Notes: a model not told the origin generated them from the sequence alone. Counted from the stretch's first letter, positions 14,545 through 30,559 are shown. The stretch: 64,000 nt of DNA from Cystobasidiomycetes sp. EMM_F5 (GCA_051047955.1 JBPGPT010000001.1:558001-622000), one strand, 5' to 3'. A program made the numbers and translations.

Positions 14545-16983
14545 ATGAACAACAGGCGTCGCCAAAATGCGCCGACGTCTCGGCGACGCTGCTGCCAGCT
14601 ACTGGCAAGCGCTCTGCTATCCGCACAATCGACAACAGCCTTCTATCTGCCGGGTTCCGCACCAAGAACCTTCTCTGAAGGTGATTTGGTGACGGTCCTC
14701 GTCAATGCAGTTACGCCCCAAATTGCGTCAAAAGCGCGGCTACAATCTTTACTGCCGTACGACTACTACGATGAACGCTTCCACTTCTGCAGGCCAGGAA
14801 ACGGAGACCGAGAACCGCGAAAAATATCGGCGAATCTTGGTAGTGCGCTGTTCGGCGACAGGCTGTACGAAAGTCCCTTCGAGGTGCATAATGCGATTGA
14901 CAAGCAAGGGACAACAGACAGAGCTTACAACAATAGCCTTTGTTTAGGCCATAATGCTCAAAAACACATCGTGCAATTTTCTCTGCGCGTCAACAATACC
15001 GGCAGATGATGCCAAATTCGTCAACGGCCGGATACGAGAAGACTATGCTCTCAACTGGCTGATTGACGGTCTTCCAGTTGCAGAAATGCAACGGGATCTC
15101 GCGACCAACGAAATATTCTACACGACGGGCTTTGAAGTCGGCAGTAGCGCCGACGTCGACAGGCCGCAACTTTATAACCATTATAATCTATACATAGAGT
15201 GAGCGCGACGTGTGTGAAATTCCCTCATCGGAGATGGTCTGACGGTGTGCAGATATCACCGGCGGCCGAACAACCAATATCGAGTCGTCGGAGCTGTCAT
15301 TTGGCCAATGAGGTCAGTCAAGATCCAGAAACAGTCAAAGCTGCGACCATCCGCTGAGCGTACCGTAGCCTCGACATTCCAGTCAGCTCTGCTATGGAAC
15401 CCATATGCGACTTAGCCGCTCCGCCCTTGACTTTGGTTGAAGGAAGGGAAAATCGCTTACAGTATACATATTCCGTGTCTTGGATTGAGTCAGACGTGAG
15501 TAGAGGGATCATTCTCCAGCACAGTATACTCAACGAATTGCCCACATTTCCGCCTGATCAGAAACCATGGGCAACAAGATGGGATTCATATCTCAAGTTG
15601 ACAGGCACTCGAGTGCACTGGTTCAGCCTCATTAATAGTACAATTATCTGCATGTTCCTTTGCGTGGTGAGTTGGGAGAGGTTCTACACAGGCCATTCTA
15701 ACGTGTCAATACAGATGGTCGTTATGGTACTCTTACGAACAGTCAGCAAAGATGTTCATCGCTACAACGCCATCGATCTCTCCGATGACGTCCAAGAAGA
15801 CTTCGGCTGGAAATTGGTTCATGCTGAAGTTTTCCGTCAACCGCGGCGGCACATGTTGCTGGCCATTTTCACCGGATCCGGAGCTCAACTTGCGTCGATG
15901 ATGGGCGTAGCTATTTTCTTTGCCCTGCTTGGTTTCTTATCGCCTAGTAATCGTGGTTCCCTGAGTACGGTGATGATCGTATGCTGGACATTGTTCGGCG
16001 GTAAGCGGCGCGAAACATGAGTACCTACAACGAGGTTTCTGACTTGACTATGTTGAGGGCAGTGGTTGCAGGATACGTGTCCACCAGGCTGTATGCTTCG
16101 TTAGGCGGACAAGCCTGGAAGCAAAACATGATGGGGACCGCCGTACTATTTCCGACAGTACTGTTCGCTACCCTGAACCTTCTGAACTTCTTCTTGATTG
16201 GCGCAAACTCGTCTGGCGCCGTGCCGTTCGGAACTTTCGTCTCCATCATTCTGCTATGGTTCGGCATTGCCGTCCCGCTCACAGTGGGCGGTTCAGTGTA
16301 CGGCATTAAGCAAGGCAGCTGGTCACATCCCGTTCGGGTCAACCAAATTCCGCGTCGTGAGTCTGATTCTTTCGAGCAGGCCATACACACAATTTGTGAC
16401 GAGTATGTTGATTTCGCAGAGATTCCGCCGCAAATTTGGTACCTCAAAACGATACCTGCTGCATTGATGGCAGGCGTTCTGCCCTTTGGAGCAGCCTTCA
16501 TAGAAATCTACTTTGTCTTGTCGAGCATGTTTGGGTGAGTTATTATTTCCAGCCTGTTTATCACTCTGCTAAAACCTGGCGCAAAGATCAAAAGCGTTCT
16601 ACGCATTCGGGTTCTTGTCTCTGACATGCATCGTGGTTGCCCTTACTACTGTGAGTCTATTCAAGCACATCTATGGCTTTGTCTGATATTGTTCTTGGCA
16701 GGCCACGGTCACTATTCTCATGACATACTTTTCCCTATGTGCCGAGAATTGGCGATGGCACTGGCGCGCCTTTATCATAGGCGGAGGTTCAGCATTCTGG
16801 ATTGTTACATACGGCCTTCTTTATGCTACTAGGCTGTCCCTGGACGGCATCAGCAGCAAAGTTTTGTACATCGGGTATCTGTTCCTGATTGCACTTCTGG
16901 ATTTCCTCGTTACCGGAGCCATTGGCTACCTATCTACGTACTTTTTCCTAAGGCGGATATACTCGCAGATTCGAGTAGACTAG
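14545..16983 (+). CDS. EMP70: Nonaspanin / TM9SF endomembrane protein 70
   Basis: Signal peptide then 'FYLPG', 'WATRWD', 'HWFSLINS', 'GWKLVHAEVFR', and C-terminal 'IYSQIRVD'. Confidence 0.93.
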
Positions 16984-17275
16984 GAGAGTGAACAGCGTGT
17001 TGCGAAATGGGTCTGGCTGTATTGCAGTATTCTTACGGCCCGCGAAGTGGGCGGCCGCTTTCGTTCGCAAGAGTCATACTGTTGTTAATCGAGCAGACAT
17101 TACTTCTCAACAATGCGAGTCCGTGTAATAGTTTCAGCCAAATTTGCCGTCATTGCTTGGTAATGCAAAATTTTGATCGGCAATACCGGCACTTGCCTCG
17201 GACAGTGTCGCGCACCCGCTTTCAAGCGTTACACGCTGATAAGGACCGCAAACAGGCAGCGTGGGGGCCGGCCAT

Positions 17276-19994
17276 ATGTGCGATGAGCTGTCCGCCAATC
17301 TTTACGTCCAGCAGGCTGGCTAACACATCAGCATCTTAGGGGTCTTCTCGCCTTGGGTACGCCGCTGGCTTGGGAAGATGCTGAAAAGTATGCAAACCAT
17401 GTCCGCGAGCACGGCATCACGCAGTTCTTGCATATCTGGGACAAGTTGAAGGGCAGAGTAGGAGATGGCTTGCTGTGGGGAGACGAAGTACGTTTTGACG
17501 CCAGATTCGGATTCCGCCTGTCCGGGGTGTTCTTGTCAACGGTCAACGGCTCAACAAGCTGGATTGACAGCATATGAGATGCAAGTCGTACTAATTTGGT
17601 GCTCACTGGACCACTACAGATCGAGTATATGGTAGTCTCTTTTGACGAGGAAAGCAAGAATGCAAGATTGTCTTTGCGGCAATCTGAAATTCTGAAAGAG
17701 CTCGCTATTGAGGAAGCCGAGGCGATAGCTGCTATGCCAGGTGCAGCGTGCGTAAAATGAAGATACCGAAAGACATTGTCATCTGGCAACTGACCCCGTC
17801 TTAAACTCTATCTGCTCTATCATATACATCCAGCACTCAAATCCCCAAATTTCACCCAGAATATGGCCGGTACATGCTTGAGTCAACTCCTGGCGCGCCG
17901 TATGGAGCGGCACTCAAAGATTTGCTTCAAGTCGAAGGCAATATGCGACTACGGTGCGGCTTTCTTCTCATCGTGCGGCTGACGAGAAACGCTCAAGCGC
18001 GAATTATTTGCAGGCGGAAAATTGCGAGAGGAAAGATGCACGAGCATGAAGTGCCAGTCACTCTGACCTCATTCCCTAGGCTAGGAGTCAAAGGCGTTTT
18101 TCTAGACCCACATCATGAGCCGAATGGCGTCGCGTCTCAAAGTCTGTTTTTGCCAGACGAGATCATCAACCCACACGTTCGGTTTCCGTATGTTTAAGCG
18201 TGATGCTGCCCTAGCGATGTTTGTGCTGATGAGACTTACATCGCAGGACATTGACAGCTAATATCCGGAGGAGACGGGGTTCGAAAGTCGCAATCAACAT
18301 GCCTCTATTCTTCGATACAAACACGCCTAAGCCATTCATCGATCCTGCCATCCCTTGGGATCGAGATATTTTTCCTGGTGATGCGGGTGCGGTGGAGCAG
18401 TAGCACGCACTGGAAGAATATGCACTAAAGCATGCCTTGTTTGCAGAAGCAAAGAATGGCGCCGCTCTAGCAGATCACATCTACATGGATGCGATGGGCT
18501 TTGGTATGGGATGCTCGTGCCTGCAAATAACGTTCCAGGCGTCCAATGTCGCAGAGGCTCGAAGAGTTTACGATACGCTGATACCAGTGGGACCGATTAT
18601 GGTAAGTAAAGCCGTGTCAATTTGGTCATTTCAAGCAAGCTAAGATTCTCGTAGTTGGCTCTCACAGCAGCTGCACCTATTTTCAGAGGGTATCTGGCAG
18701 ACGTTGACTGCAGGTGGAATGTGATTGCCGGGAGTGTAGATGACCGGACGCAAGAAGAACGAGGCTTGAAAGTACGCGTGGCTTGTTCTGTGCACAATTT
18801 CTGTCTGACCGCATTCTCAGCCATTACAGCACGATCGATGGCGTATACCAAAATCGCGTTATGATAGTGTGGACTGTTATCTGGCCGCGGAAGAATTGAA
18901 CAGACCAGAGTACAACGATAACGACATGCCTTTGGACGAAGAGATCAAGAACCGACTCCTGGATCACGGAATTGATGAGCTACTGGCTAATCATATCGCC
19001 CATCTCTTCATTCGAGATCCACTGGTCGTATTTAGCGAAACTGTTGATCAGGATGACGAGGTTTCTGCGGACCACTTTGAGGTGCGAAGCCATCTCAAGA
19101 AGTCCATCAAGTCTTTATTAACCAAGTCTTATCGTGCAGAATCTGCAATCTACCAACTGGCAAACCATGCGCTTCAAGCCTCCCCCACCCGGCAGCAATA
19201 TCGGCTGGCGCGTAGAATTCAGGAGTATGGAAGTTCAATTGACCGATTTCGAAAACGCGGCATACTCTGTCTTCATCGTCCTGCTTACCAGAGCGATTTT
19301 ATCATTTGGTCTGGACTTCTATATCCCAATATCCAAAGTCGACGAGAACATGAAGCGTGCGCATCGCAGAAATGCCGCGCGAGAGGAGAAATTCTACTTC
19401 AAGAAGAAGGTGTTTCAGCGTCGCAGTACATTGAACAATCACGCAAACGGTTCTCTGAACGGAGCCACTGCATTCCTGAGTGGGCATAGTGCGCACTCTC
19501 GCTCGTCATCCATAGCATCCAGTGGACCTGCGCGCAGTCTATCGCCTACCTTCAGATCTCGTAATCAGAGTGCGAGTAGCTCGCGAACTAGCTCTAGATG
19601 TGCCAGTCCCGAAGGCTTGCCCAACATTGAAGACGAGTATGAAGAGATGACTATAAACGAAATCATAAACGGCAAGAGCGGATCTGCTTTCCCAGGTTTA
19701 TTGGGTTTGGTCTACTCGTACCTCAACTCACTTAATGTGGACGTTGGGACGAGGAAAGAATTAACAAAATACTTGGATCTTGTAAAGCATCGTGCCGATG
19801 GGACGCTCAAGACGACGGCTACTTGGATGCGCGAATTCGTTAGAGATCATCCGGCGTACAAACAAGACTCGATCGTATCGCAAGAGATCAACTTTGATCT
19901 GATACATGCTGTCGACGAGATTGAGAGAGGCGTCCGAGTAGAGAAGGATCTGCTAGGTTGGTCCTCAGCTGGAGCACAGAGTGTCGCTGACTAA
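17276..19994 (+). CDS. GSH1: Glutamate-cysteine ligase catalytic subunit
   Basis: [10 protein letters not shown]...WGDEIEY, '[11 protein letters not shown]', '[14 protein letters not shown]', 'GWRVEFR'. ATG is split by intron 17278-17339. Confidence 0.96.
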
Positions 19995-20434
19995 CAGGTG
20001 CTTTCCTTTTGTCCAGGCCAGGATTATGTTGGGTCGGACCACATGAATGTGGATCTGAGCGTGTGCGGCCTCCTTAACGTGAAGAAGGTATAAAATTGCA
20101 ATTATAGACGGGTGGTGGCATAAGCTTGTGACGTAAAGATAACGCTTGTTGTCCATAATTTGTTTGATATGTTGCACCACCTACGCCATATACTAAGAAC
20201 CTAAGAACAATCTGTGCGATAAACTCTGTAGTACCGATATTCTACAGTACTGGTACGGGCTTTCGCATTGTGGCTTGCTTTGCTAGTCACTATTCACCAT
20301 TCAAAAACAGCAGCCGCGAACTGAGGGAAACAGAGTAGGTCAGAATGACGATTTATAAAGTTGTGGAACTGTGCTAACATGTCGGCAACGCTGCCACTGG
20401 CAGCGCAGACAATATCTAGACCCTTTCAAGCAAC

Positions 20435-20905
20435 ATGTCGCAGACAGGCCCACGGGCGCCAGAACACGTCAATACCAAGTCTGACGATACGGGAGACGAG
20501 CTTCCATACCCGTTCGATGACGAAGCGAGCAAGGATGGCCCCGTCTCAATCAAGTGCCAATGCGGGGCTTTTCGGATCACCGTGCCATTTTGGCCGAACG
20601 ACGTCAACGAATGCCAATGCAGCATTTGTTACCGCTACGGCGCCAAATGGGGATACTATCTGGACGATAGCATCAAATACGAGAAACTAGACGATACCGT
20701 CGAAGAACTACGCTACTCGTGGCATACGAAGACCAACCATTTTTGTCACTGTGGTCGCTGCGGGAGCACGCTTTATTGGCAAAGAACGGAGAAGGGACGC
20801 AAATTGATGGCAGAGTTAGGCAAGGAGGTATACAGCGGTGTCAACATGCGCTTGTTGGGTCCGAAAGCGCTTGCTACAATCGAGCACAGATACGGAAACT
20901 GCTAG
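20435..20905 (+). CDS. GFA / Mss4-like (CENP-V family) zinc-binding protein
   Basis: CxCG ... CxCxxC ... CxxCG Cys pattern and C-terminal 'GVNMRL'. The CDS has no intron. Confidence 0.85.
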   Translation: MSQTGPRAPEHVNTKSDDTGDELPYPFDDEASKDGPVSIKCQCGAFRITVPFWPNDVNECQCSICYRYGAKWGYYLDDSIKYEKLDDTVEELRYSWHTKTNHFCHCGRCGSTLYWQRTEKGRKLMAELGKEVYSGVNMRLLGPKALATIEHRYGNC

Positions 20906-21233
20906 TGTCGGGATTGGGCCGTCTACGCATACGCGAATGGGCCAAACGTGGAGATTACCTGCATCCTGCCGCAATACAAGCGGTACACTACTAACCGCGT
21001 TCTTATGCTGTCCGCATGTCGGTCATTTCGATATCGCGATTACTTTGCTCGATTTTGTAGCTTGACCTCACTATCACCTGTCCAAAACCTTGTAACCTGC
21101 CAATTACCTGCAAGCTGTCTCTTGACACCTCAATATTGCACATATCTACCAAGTTGCTGCCTCGACGGCGCTGTAGCTGCGCGCTTTCTTGACGCACTCT
21201 GCGCGTCACTGGACGCGATAAATCTTTGCAGCA

Positions 21234-23436
<2,203 letters not shown>

Positions 23437-23619
23437 TGCGTGGTGACGGATTGTGTTTGCGAATTGGTGTATTGATGAGGCCATTACACTTTTCTTGTTG
23501 TCTCGTGCGAATGTAGATACTATGGCCATCGTCCGAATATCGGCACTCTTTCATTGTATAGCTCAACAACAACACGTTATATACTGTTCTGGCACGAAAT
23601 CCCTGTCTCAACGTTACCG

Positions 23620-26600
23620 CTACCTGTCACTGCCCGGTGACACGATGGATGACGCGCTGGACGGTGTCGGTGTCGGCTGAGGCCGCCTTTCCCTAAAGCA
23701 CAAAAATTGAAGCGCTGTCGCCCGCCTTGCCTGCGTCAATGTCATCTTGAGCTGCTCCAGCTCCTTTTGCAGCTCATTGCCGCCCTCCGGGTCGCCGCCC
23801 GGTGGTGGTACATACGCATTGGATATGATCTTGTAAATTTCCTGCAGTGTCGCGTCAGCAGCCGGTGACACGTGGACATTGAGAGTCTGATGAAGGAATT
23901 CCATCTCGAGTGTGGCTTGCAGCATACCGCCCATACCAAACGACTGAATTTGAGAGAAGCACGACAAAGCGTGCTTTGCCAATTCTTCCACCAGTACACC
24001 GACGGTTCGTGCGACCAGAGATCGAGCAATAGCAGTGACTTGTGCATGCACAAGAACGAGCGAGAGAAGCGCATCGTATATGTACGCGTGAACGGCGGAC
24101 GGCCGAGGTGTAGAAAGCCAATCGACGCCCTGACCGAGAACGCCGCGCTCAATCGTTTGGCCAAGATGGGTCGACCTGGTCTTGATGTAATCATCAAACA
24201 AGATCTTATCCAACTGCGCTACCACGTCCTTCAACGTGTTGGTATCAGCGGTCATGTCGAGTCTCAATGCCACGTTGAGGTGATCGCCAATGTTGTTGAT
24301 AAAGTCTGCTTGGAAGTGGGCTAGGTTACTGACAGTGACGAGGATGCGTACATCTCGATCACTGATATTCAGCTCATCAATCTTGCTGACATCGAGGTTG
24401 TTCGTGTAAGAAGTACTTCGCGACACTGGTGTTGAAGCTACTTGAGGTTGAGGTTCCTGTAGGGTCATAGGGGTCGAGAATGCTACGTGCACAAGCCCAT
24501 CCAAAAAGGCATATATGGCGTCCAGGTATGCGGTATGAATATGTCGAGCGAAGTCTTGAGGAATACCCTGATGCGCGATTACGGGAGTTCAGCTTTTGGT
24601 TGGTGATCGTTTCTACAGCAATCATACTCACGTCGTCACGACTGCTTTGACGTAGAAGCTCCGCCTGAGTGGTGACGAAAAGATGGCGGGCGCGCTCCTC
24701 CCCGCCTCCGCTTGATCGATATGCATAACGTGCTACGCTGCGCTGATACACGATCATCCGTTTCAGGTAGATAGTCTTACTCTGGTCCTCCGTATCAAGC
24801 TGCCAATTCTCCAGTCTGAAGAATATTTTCGCGTCTGCATATCAAAACAGAATATCGTTTGTTTTATCAGTCGTGCGCGGCGGTACAAAGATTTGGTTCG
24901 TACCTCTGACCCAAGATTGGCATATCACGCCCGTATATCTCCACCTAGCAGAATTCATGAATTCCTTCAGGGCATCGATACTATCGCTACCTAACCCATT
25001 CAAGCCCGCTACTTCATTCGTTGTATCAGACAGCTCCGATAGAATTCTCATGAGCCAGTGTCCGCAGGTCAATGCATTGACATTGTTGGGCATAAAAGGT
25101 GGCAGGCTATCTGGAGCATCCGGTTGTACAGCTGTCTGACCAGGATTCGGAGATGCCGTAACTTTGGTATCGCTTGAGAGGTTGAAGAAAGCGGCGAGAA
25201 GGCTGATGAATTGCATAACGAGCTCATTGACAGCCAACTGAACTTGGGTATTTGATCGCTTTGTGTGGTGGTTGTGGTGTTCTCGCGGAGCGACACTGCC
25301 TTTACGACCTGATTGCTTGTCAACTGGCTTGGCTTGATACTTGCCGTCCATGTATTGTCGAGCAATCTTCCAAAGGTTCGGAAGCGTTTGTAGCACGACA
25401 TCGCACAGGTTGTGCACGACTTCTCCCAGACAGCGCAGTGCTTCAGATCCAGCAGCAGAGTCTGTGAGTATTGTACAATTAGCGATGCTCCCTGAAGACA
25501 GCCAGCAGATGCTACAGACCATTGACGGAGTCGGCATTGGACGTATCAATAGCCAAGACAGACTTTCGAAGATCTAAAGCTCTTGTAGTTTCGTCGTTTG
25601 GATTTGGTGGGACTTTACGAAGGATGGCTTGGTATTTGCTGACGGCTCTAGTATGTGACGACTGCATGGCTTCCATGACATGGTGACGGTGCGTATCGAT
25701 GTATAGCCAAACCGGATCCGAAGTCGGATCCAATTCTAGGCATATTCTGACGGTATAGCATCTCTGTTAATTGACGTGCTCCATAATATAAGCAGTCTGT
25801 ACGCACTCGATAGTCTTCTCCACTTCCTCGATACTTCGCCTAGGGTCCTTCAATCTCGCCAGAAGCGTCTCTTTGAGTTCCTGCATTATATTCTCAACTT
25901 GACCCCAAACCTTTTCAAATACCCTTCTGTGCTTTTCCCTCTGCGTATCCGTCATGATTGTGCCTGGCGGGAGGCCCAACAGAGCACCCGGTCTGGAATC
26001 GAGCAAGTACTTTCCCTTCTTGTACAGTGAAAGTGATGCATCGTATCTGCCTGCCGTGACTGTCTCGCTGAGTAGACCGGGTAGCGTAAAGAAGAACTTG
26101 GAACGTTCAAAGATACCGAGGGTAGAGCGTAGCCGGTCTGCTTTCAGACGAGCTTCCAGTATCGGATTCCATACGTCGTCTGCTTTGCTCACAGCCACTA
26201 TACATATCGTTGATAAGATGGGTCAGCGCCAGTGTCGACGCGATTGACGTTTATTGCGTGCTCGCTCACACTTTATGCCTTCCTTGAGCTCGGCAACGCT
26301 ATAATCGCCTTCTGTACTCAGAGGCCCTTCCTTCATCTCATCGTATACAGTCGCTGTAGCCGCCTTTATACTGATGAACCTATCGAAATTATCATCGACT
26401 AGCCTTAGTAGTGCTCCGGAGCGAGACTCTATACCGCGTTGTAGGTTATCCCTCCCTCTTCGTAAATCTTCGGGAGTTGCAGATGGATGGACTACCTCGA
26501 GGAATGTCACGGGGTTGAAACCTTTGTTGTGGAGTGATATAGCAGCAAATCCGTCGGGCGCGATATCAGGGACGTTGCTGTTTGCGGGGAACGGGGTGTC

Positions 26601-27158
26601 AGATTGCGCGCCGGTGTTACGGGATAGAATGTGCATAGACATACGAGAGCACACTTCCTCTATACAGTCCTAGTGGATCTGGCTCGTCCTGCACGGCAGG
26701 CGATAGTAACGGACCACGCTCGTTGCCGGGCGACAGTACGGAATTGGCTGGATTTGTATCCTCCCAGACGTCGGGCTCGAGCGTCGTCAGACCATAAGTC
26801 TTGAGAACTGCAGGAAGGACCTCTTTCAATGCACCAACATGTCTTTAACGTTTGACGCAACCCACGCAGCTCTTCATCCACCTCGAGCGGGTCACGCCTC
26901 GATCCTGCAGAGTGCGACTGCTGCATCCGCATAGCCTGCTCAGCATTGTCGGACATCTGATCCCTCTCGCTGCGGTCTCCATGACGCCCAGACGGAGCTC
27001 TCTGCTGGCTTCTCGGCTGCTGCTGCTGCTGCTGCCGTCCATTTGATGCTGGATTGCCAGGATACTCTGGATAACTTGCAGGAAGCTGGTCCATATGCTG
27101 CTGCTGCTGCAGAGGCAGAGGCAGAGGCTGCTGCATCTGACCAGCCTGCCCAGCATAC

Positions 27159-27197
<39 letters not shown>

Positions 27198-27223
27198 CCC
27201 GGCAGCACTCTTTGGCGGCTCAT
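23620..27223 (-). CDS. SEC5: Exocyst complex component Sec5
   Basis: 'LVDDNFDRFISIK', 'FERSKFFFTLP', 'YKKGK', 'DPVWLYI', 'FGMGGMLQATLEMEF', 'TALQFLCFR'. Q-rich N-terminus. Confidence 0.9.
27161..27196 (-). repeat. Pure (CAG)12 coding microsatellite encoding polyQ in the Sec5 N-terminus
   Basis: (CTG)12 on the plus strand; shorter CTG runs nearby at about 27016-27033 and 27097-27110. Confidence 0.97.
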
Positions 27224-27437
27224 TGTTTACGGGTCTCTTGTATATTCCTCAGAGTGCTATCAGCCATGCTTCATTATCCAGTCTCGCTGTGCTTGTCGCG
27301 GTGTGCAGTTATGCACGTTGATGCAGCAATCGGGGTTCACTTCGAGGCCGAAGTGCAGCGTCACTCCGCGTTAGGGGTGCATTCTGCCAATCCAGCACCG
27401 CTGAAAGGGAAGTCAGGCTCAACATACCACCCACACC

Positions 27438-30352
27438 ATGGCTGCGTGTCGGGCTAGCAGCTCTTCCACTGCTGCTACCATCGCCAGGCAGCTTTCTGGC
27501 CGTCATCGAACGCAATTCAACAGATTTCTGCAAGATCCGTCAGCTTCAGCGTCAACGTCGAGTGTAGCTTTTGTGCCGACATCATCGTCGTACGCTGCAT
27601 TCCAGTCGCGATGCTTGTCGTGCCGAGCTTCCACATCTGCCGGCTTTGAAACGAGCACACGAAAGATTGGGACATCGCAGTCTCTCATACACCAAGCACG
27701 AGCAGAGTCGCCCGTATCGTCACCACCAACTCTGTCACTGCGAACTTATACCACCTCCAAGCGTCGTCTACAACAGTCCTCTCCCAAAGACATCGGGCGA
27801 TCCGAGTCGAGGCAGCAGAGTGCACTACTAAAACGAAAAGAGACTTCGACCGAAGATGAACCTTACAGACCTCCGGAAGCTAGCGAAACGTCGACAGTAT
27901 CCGACAACCCGTCAAAAGACAAGATTCCGAAAAAGCCATCAGAGGTGTCTCTGAGCGAAATTAGACGGCTATTCACGCTAGCAAGACCCGAGAAGCGGAC
28001 ACTCTACATTGCATTGGGGCTGGTGAGCCTATTCCTCAGTTTTTCTCATCATGCCTTCCTCGTCATCTAAACAATATCCAACAGCTGGCAGTCTCATCGG
28101 CCGTTTCACTATCGGTGCCATTCACCCTCGGTCGTATAATCGACTTGTTTACATCATCAGACTCTTCCTCGCTCCCTGTTTCAGTACCCGTAGCGGCTGC
28201 TCTGCTCGCCGCCTTCTTTGGTATTGGCGCAGCCGCAAATACAGGTCGTTCGATTCTGATGCGGATAGCCGGACAACGTATAGTCAAGGATCTTCGTATA
28301 AATGCCTACAACAAGACTCTGAGGCTCGATATGGCAAAGTACGATATGATGGGAACCAACGTGACGCCACTAGGAGATGTGGCATCCTCGAAACCCGCAG
28401 GCAGTATCGAAAACGCAGAGCAAAAGGAGATTGCAAACGCGTCTACAGAAGACATGACTAAGGAACAAGGTGTGGTAGCAGAAGACAAGACGGCAAAAGA
28501 GACACAAGGAAGTATATCTCGCGCACGGTCCTCCCTTTCTTCTGCTTTATCGTTATCGACTACCGAGACGACACCAGACACCGGTGTTCGAGGTGTCGGC
28601 GATATCATCTCGCGTCTCGGCTCAGACAGCAGTATTGTAGGCGAATCGCTGACTCGTGAACTGTCTGAGGGTCTTCGAGCACTAGCGACCGTCGTCGTCG
28701 GAGTCGGCATGATGGTATACATCTCCGCAAAGCTCACCGTCGTGATGCTTTGTATTGTTCCTCCATCAGCTATCGGAGCAGTCTTCTACGGGCGATACCT
28801 CAAGAAGCTTTCTCGGCGGACACAGAAGAAAGTTGGAGAGATGATTGCAGTCGCCGAAGAACGACTGTCATCCGTTCGCACGGTCCAAGCTTTCAACGCC
28901 GTCGAACCGACAGAAACAAACAGATATGCAAAGAAAGCAAACGACATCCTCGACCTCGCAAAAAAAGAAGCTTACGCCTCTGGGTTGTTTTACGGAGGCG
29001 CGGGCTTTTCGGGAAACATCACAATGCTGGCTTTGCTTTCTTACGGCGGAAAGCTTGTCAGCACTGGGGAAATCACAGTCGGGTAAGTCATGCCCCAGCC
29101 AAGCATAAGGGCTATCAGGCTGACAGACACATATACGCTTCCCATAGTGACTTAAGCAGTCTTATGCTGTATACTGCATACGTCGGAGGATCTCTGGTCG
29201 GCTTGACATCCTTCTTTTCAACCATCATGAAAGGTCTTGGTGCCGCAGCGAGAGTGTTTGAACTGCTTGACGCTACGCCGGTACGGAGCGCTGTAACGAT
29301 AGACACACAAAGCTGCTGACAAATTCCTCTCTGTTTTTAGGCCAGTGTACAGCTCGGTAAAGGCATTCGACTGCCGGCAGATGCTCCCCCGAGGTCTCTT
29401 TCCTTCAAGAATGTACACTTCAATTATCCGTCACGACCTGACGCACCCATATTGCGCGGACTGGATTTCACGATTGAGCGCGGTCGTTCAGTAGCTGTCG
29501 CGGGAGGTTCTGGGTCTGGCAAGAGCACAATCGTTAATCTGCTCGTCCGATACTATGATCCCGCATCCGGATCAGTTCAGTACGGCGATGAGGATATCCG
29601 AGAGTTCACCCCGGAAAGTTGGAGAGATCGCGTCTCGATTGTTCCGCAAGATCCGGCTCTGTTCAGCCAAACAGTCGCTGAAAATAGTGAGTTTATGAAC
29701 ATGGCATTATGACACGATGACGACGCGATTACAACGACTAACGTGCTGTGCCTTTGCCAGTCGCTTACGGCAAGCCCAATGCCACGATGTCTGAAATTCG
29801 CGAAGCAGCTCGCTTGGCAAACTGCAATTTCATCGATGACTTGCCTCTTGGTTTCGATACGCCCGTTGGCGCAAAAGCTGCACAGCTTTCTGGCGGCCAG
29901 CGTCAAAGGCTAGCGATTGCTCGGGCACTCGTGCGGCAGCCGAGCATTCTCATATTGGACGAGTAAGGCCATGCATTCGGAGAGTCGGACATATAAATTT
30001 TCTGATGCATTCTGGCCTTATCCTCAGGGCAACATCGGCACTTGACGCACAGTCCGAAACACTCGTCAACAATGCTGTAAAGAAGATTACGTCCACGCGG
30101 TCGCTCACAACAATTCTCGTAGCTCATCGTCTCAGCACGCTCAAGACTGCAGACGAAATCATCTACATGCAGGATGGGCGCGTCGCCGAACGAGGAACCT
30201 ATGAACAGCTTGCTCGAGAAGGTACTTTGTTCTGGGAGATGGTCAGAAGTCAAATGCTAGGCACAGTACCAAGTGCTATGCCTACAGCGTCACTAGAGCA
30301 GAAAGAGCAAAGTAAGAAGGAAGAGGAGGAAGCACAAAAATCGTCATATTGA
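27438..30352 (+). CDS. MDL1: Mitochondrial ABCB half-transporter (Mdl1/Mdl2, ABCB10-like)
   Basis: Long Ser/Arg presequence, TMD with 'GDIISRL', Walker A 'GGSGSGKST', signature 'LSGGQRQR', 'ILDEATSALD', 'AHRLST'. Confidence 0.9.
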
Positions 30353-30559
30353 CGAATGTCGGATATGTAGATCAGCCTCTTCAGTATCTATAGTTGCCAT
30401 TATTGTTGTAGTCACTATGCAATCACTATTCAAAGCATATATCCATCAGTAGAAGCTCTTCTGTGAGATTTCAGGATTGCTTTTCGGCTTGTGTTGCGAT
30501 TGCACTGTTCATACAGTGCCTACAATCCATGTCATTACGCGAATATTGGTTCTAAGCGC

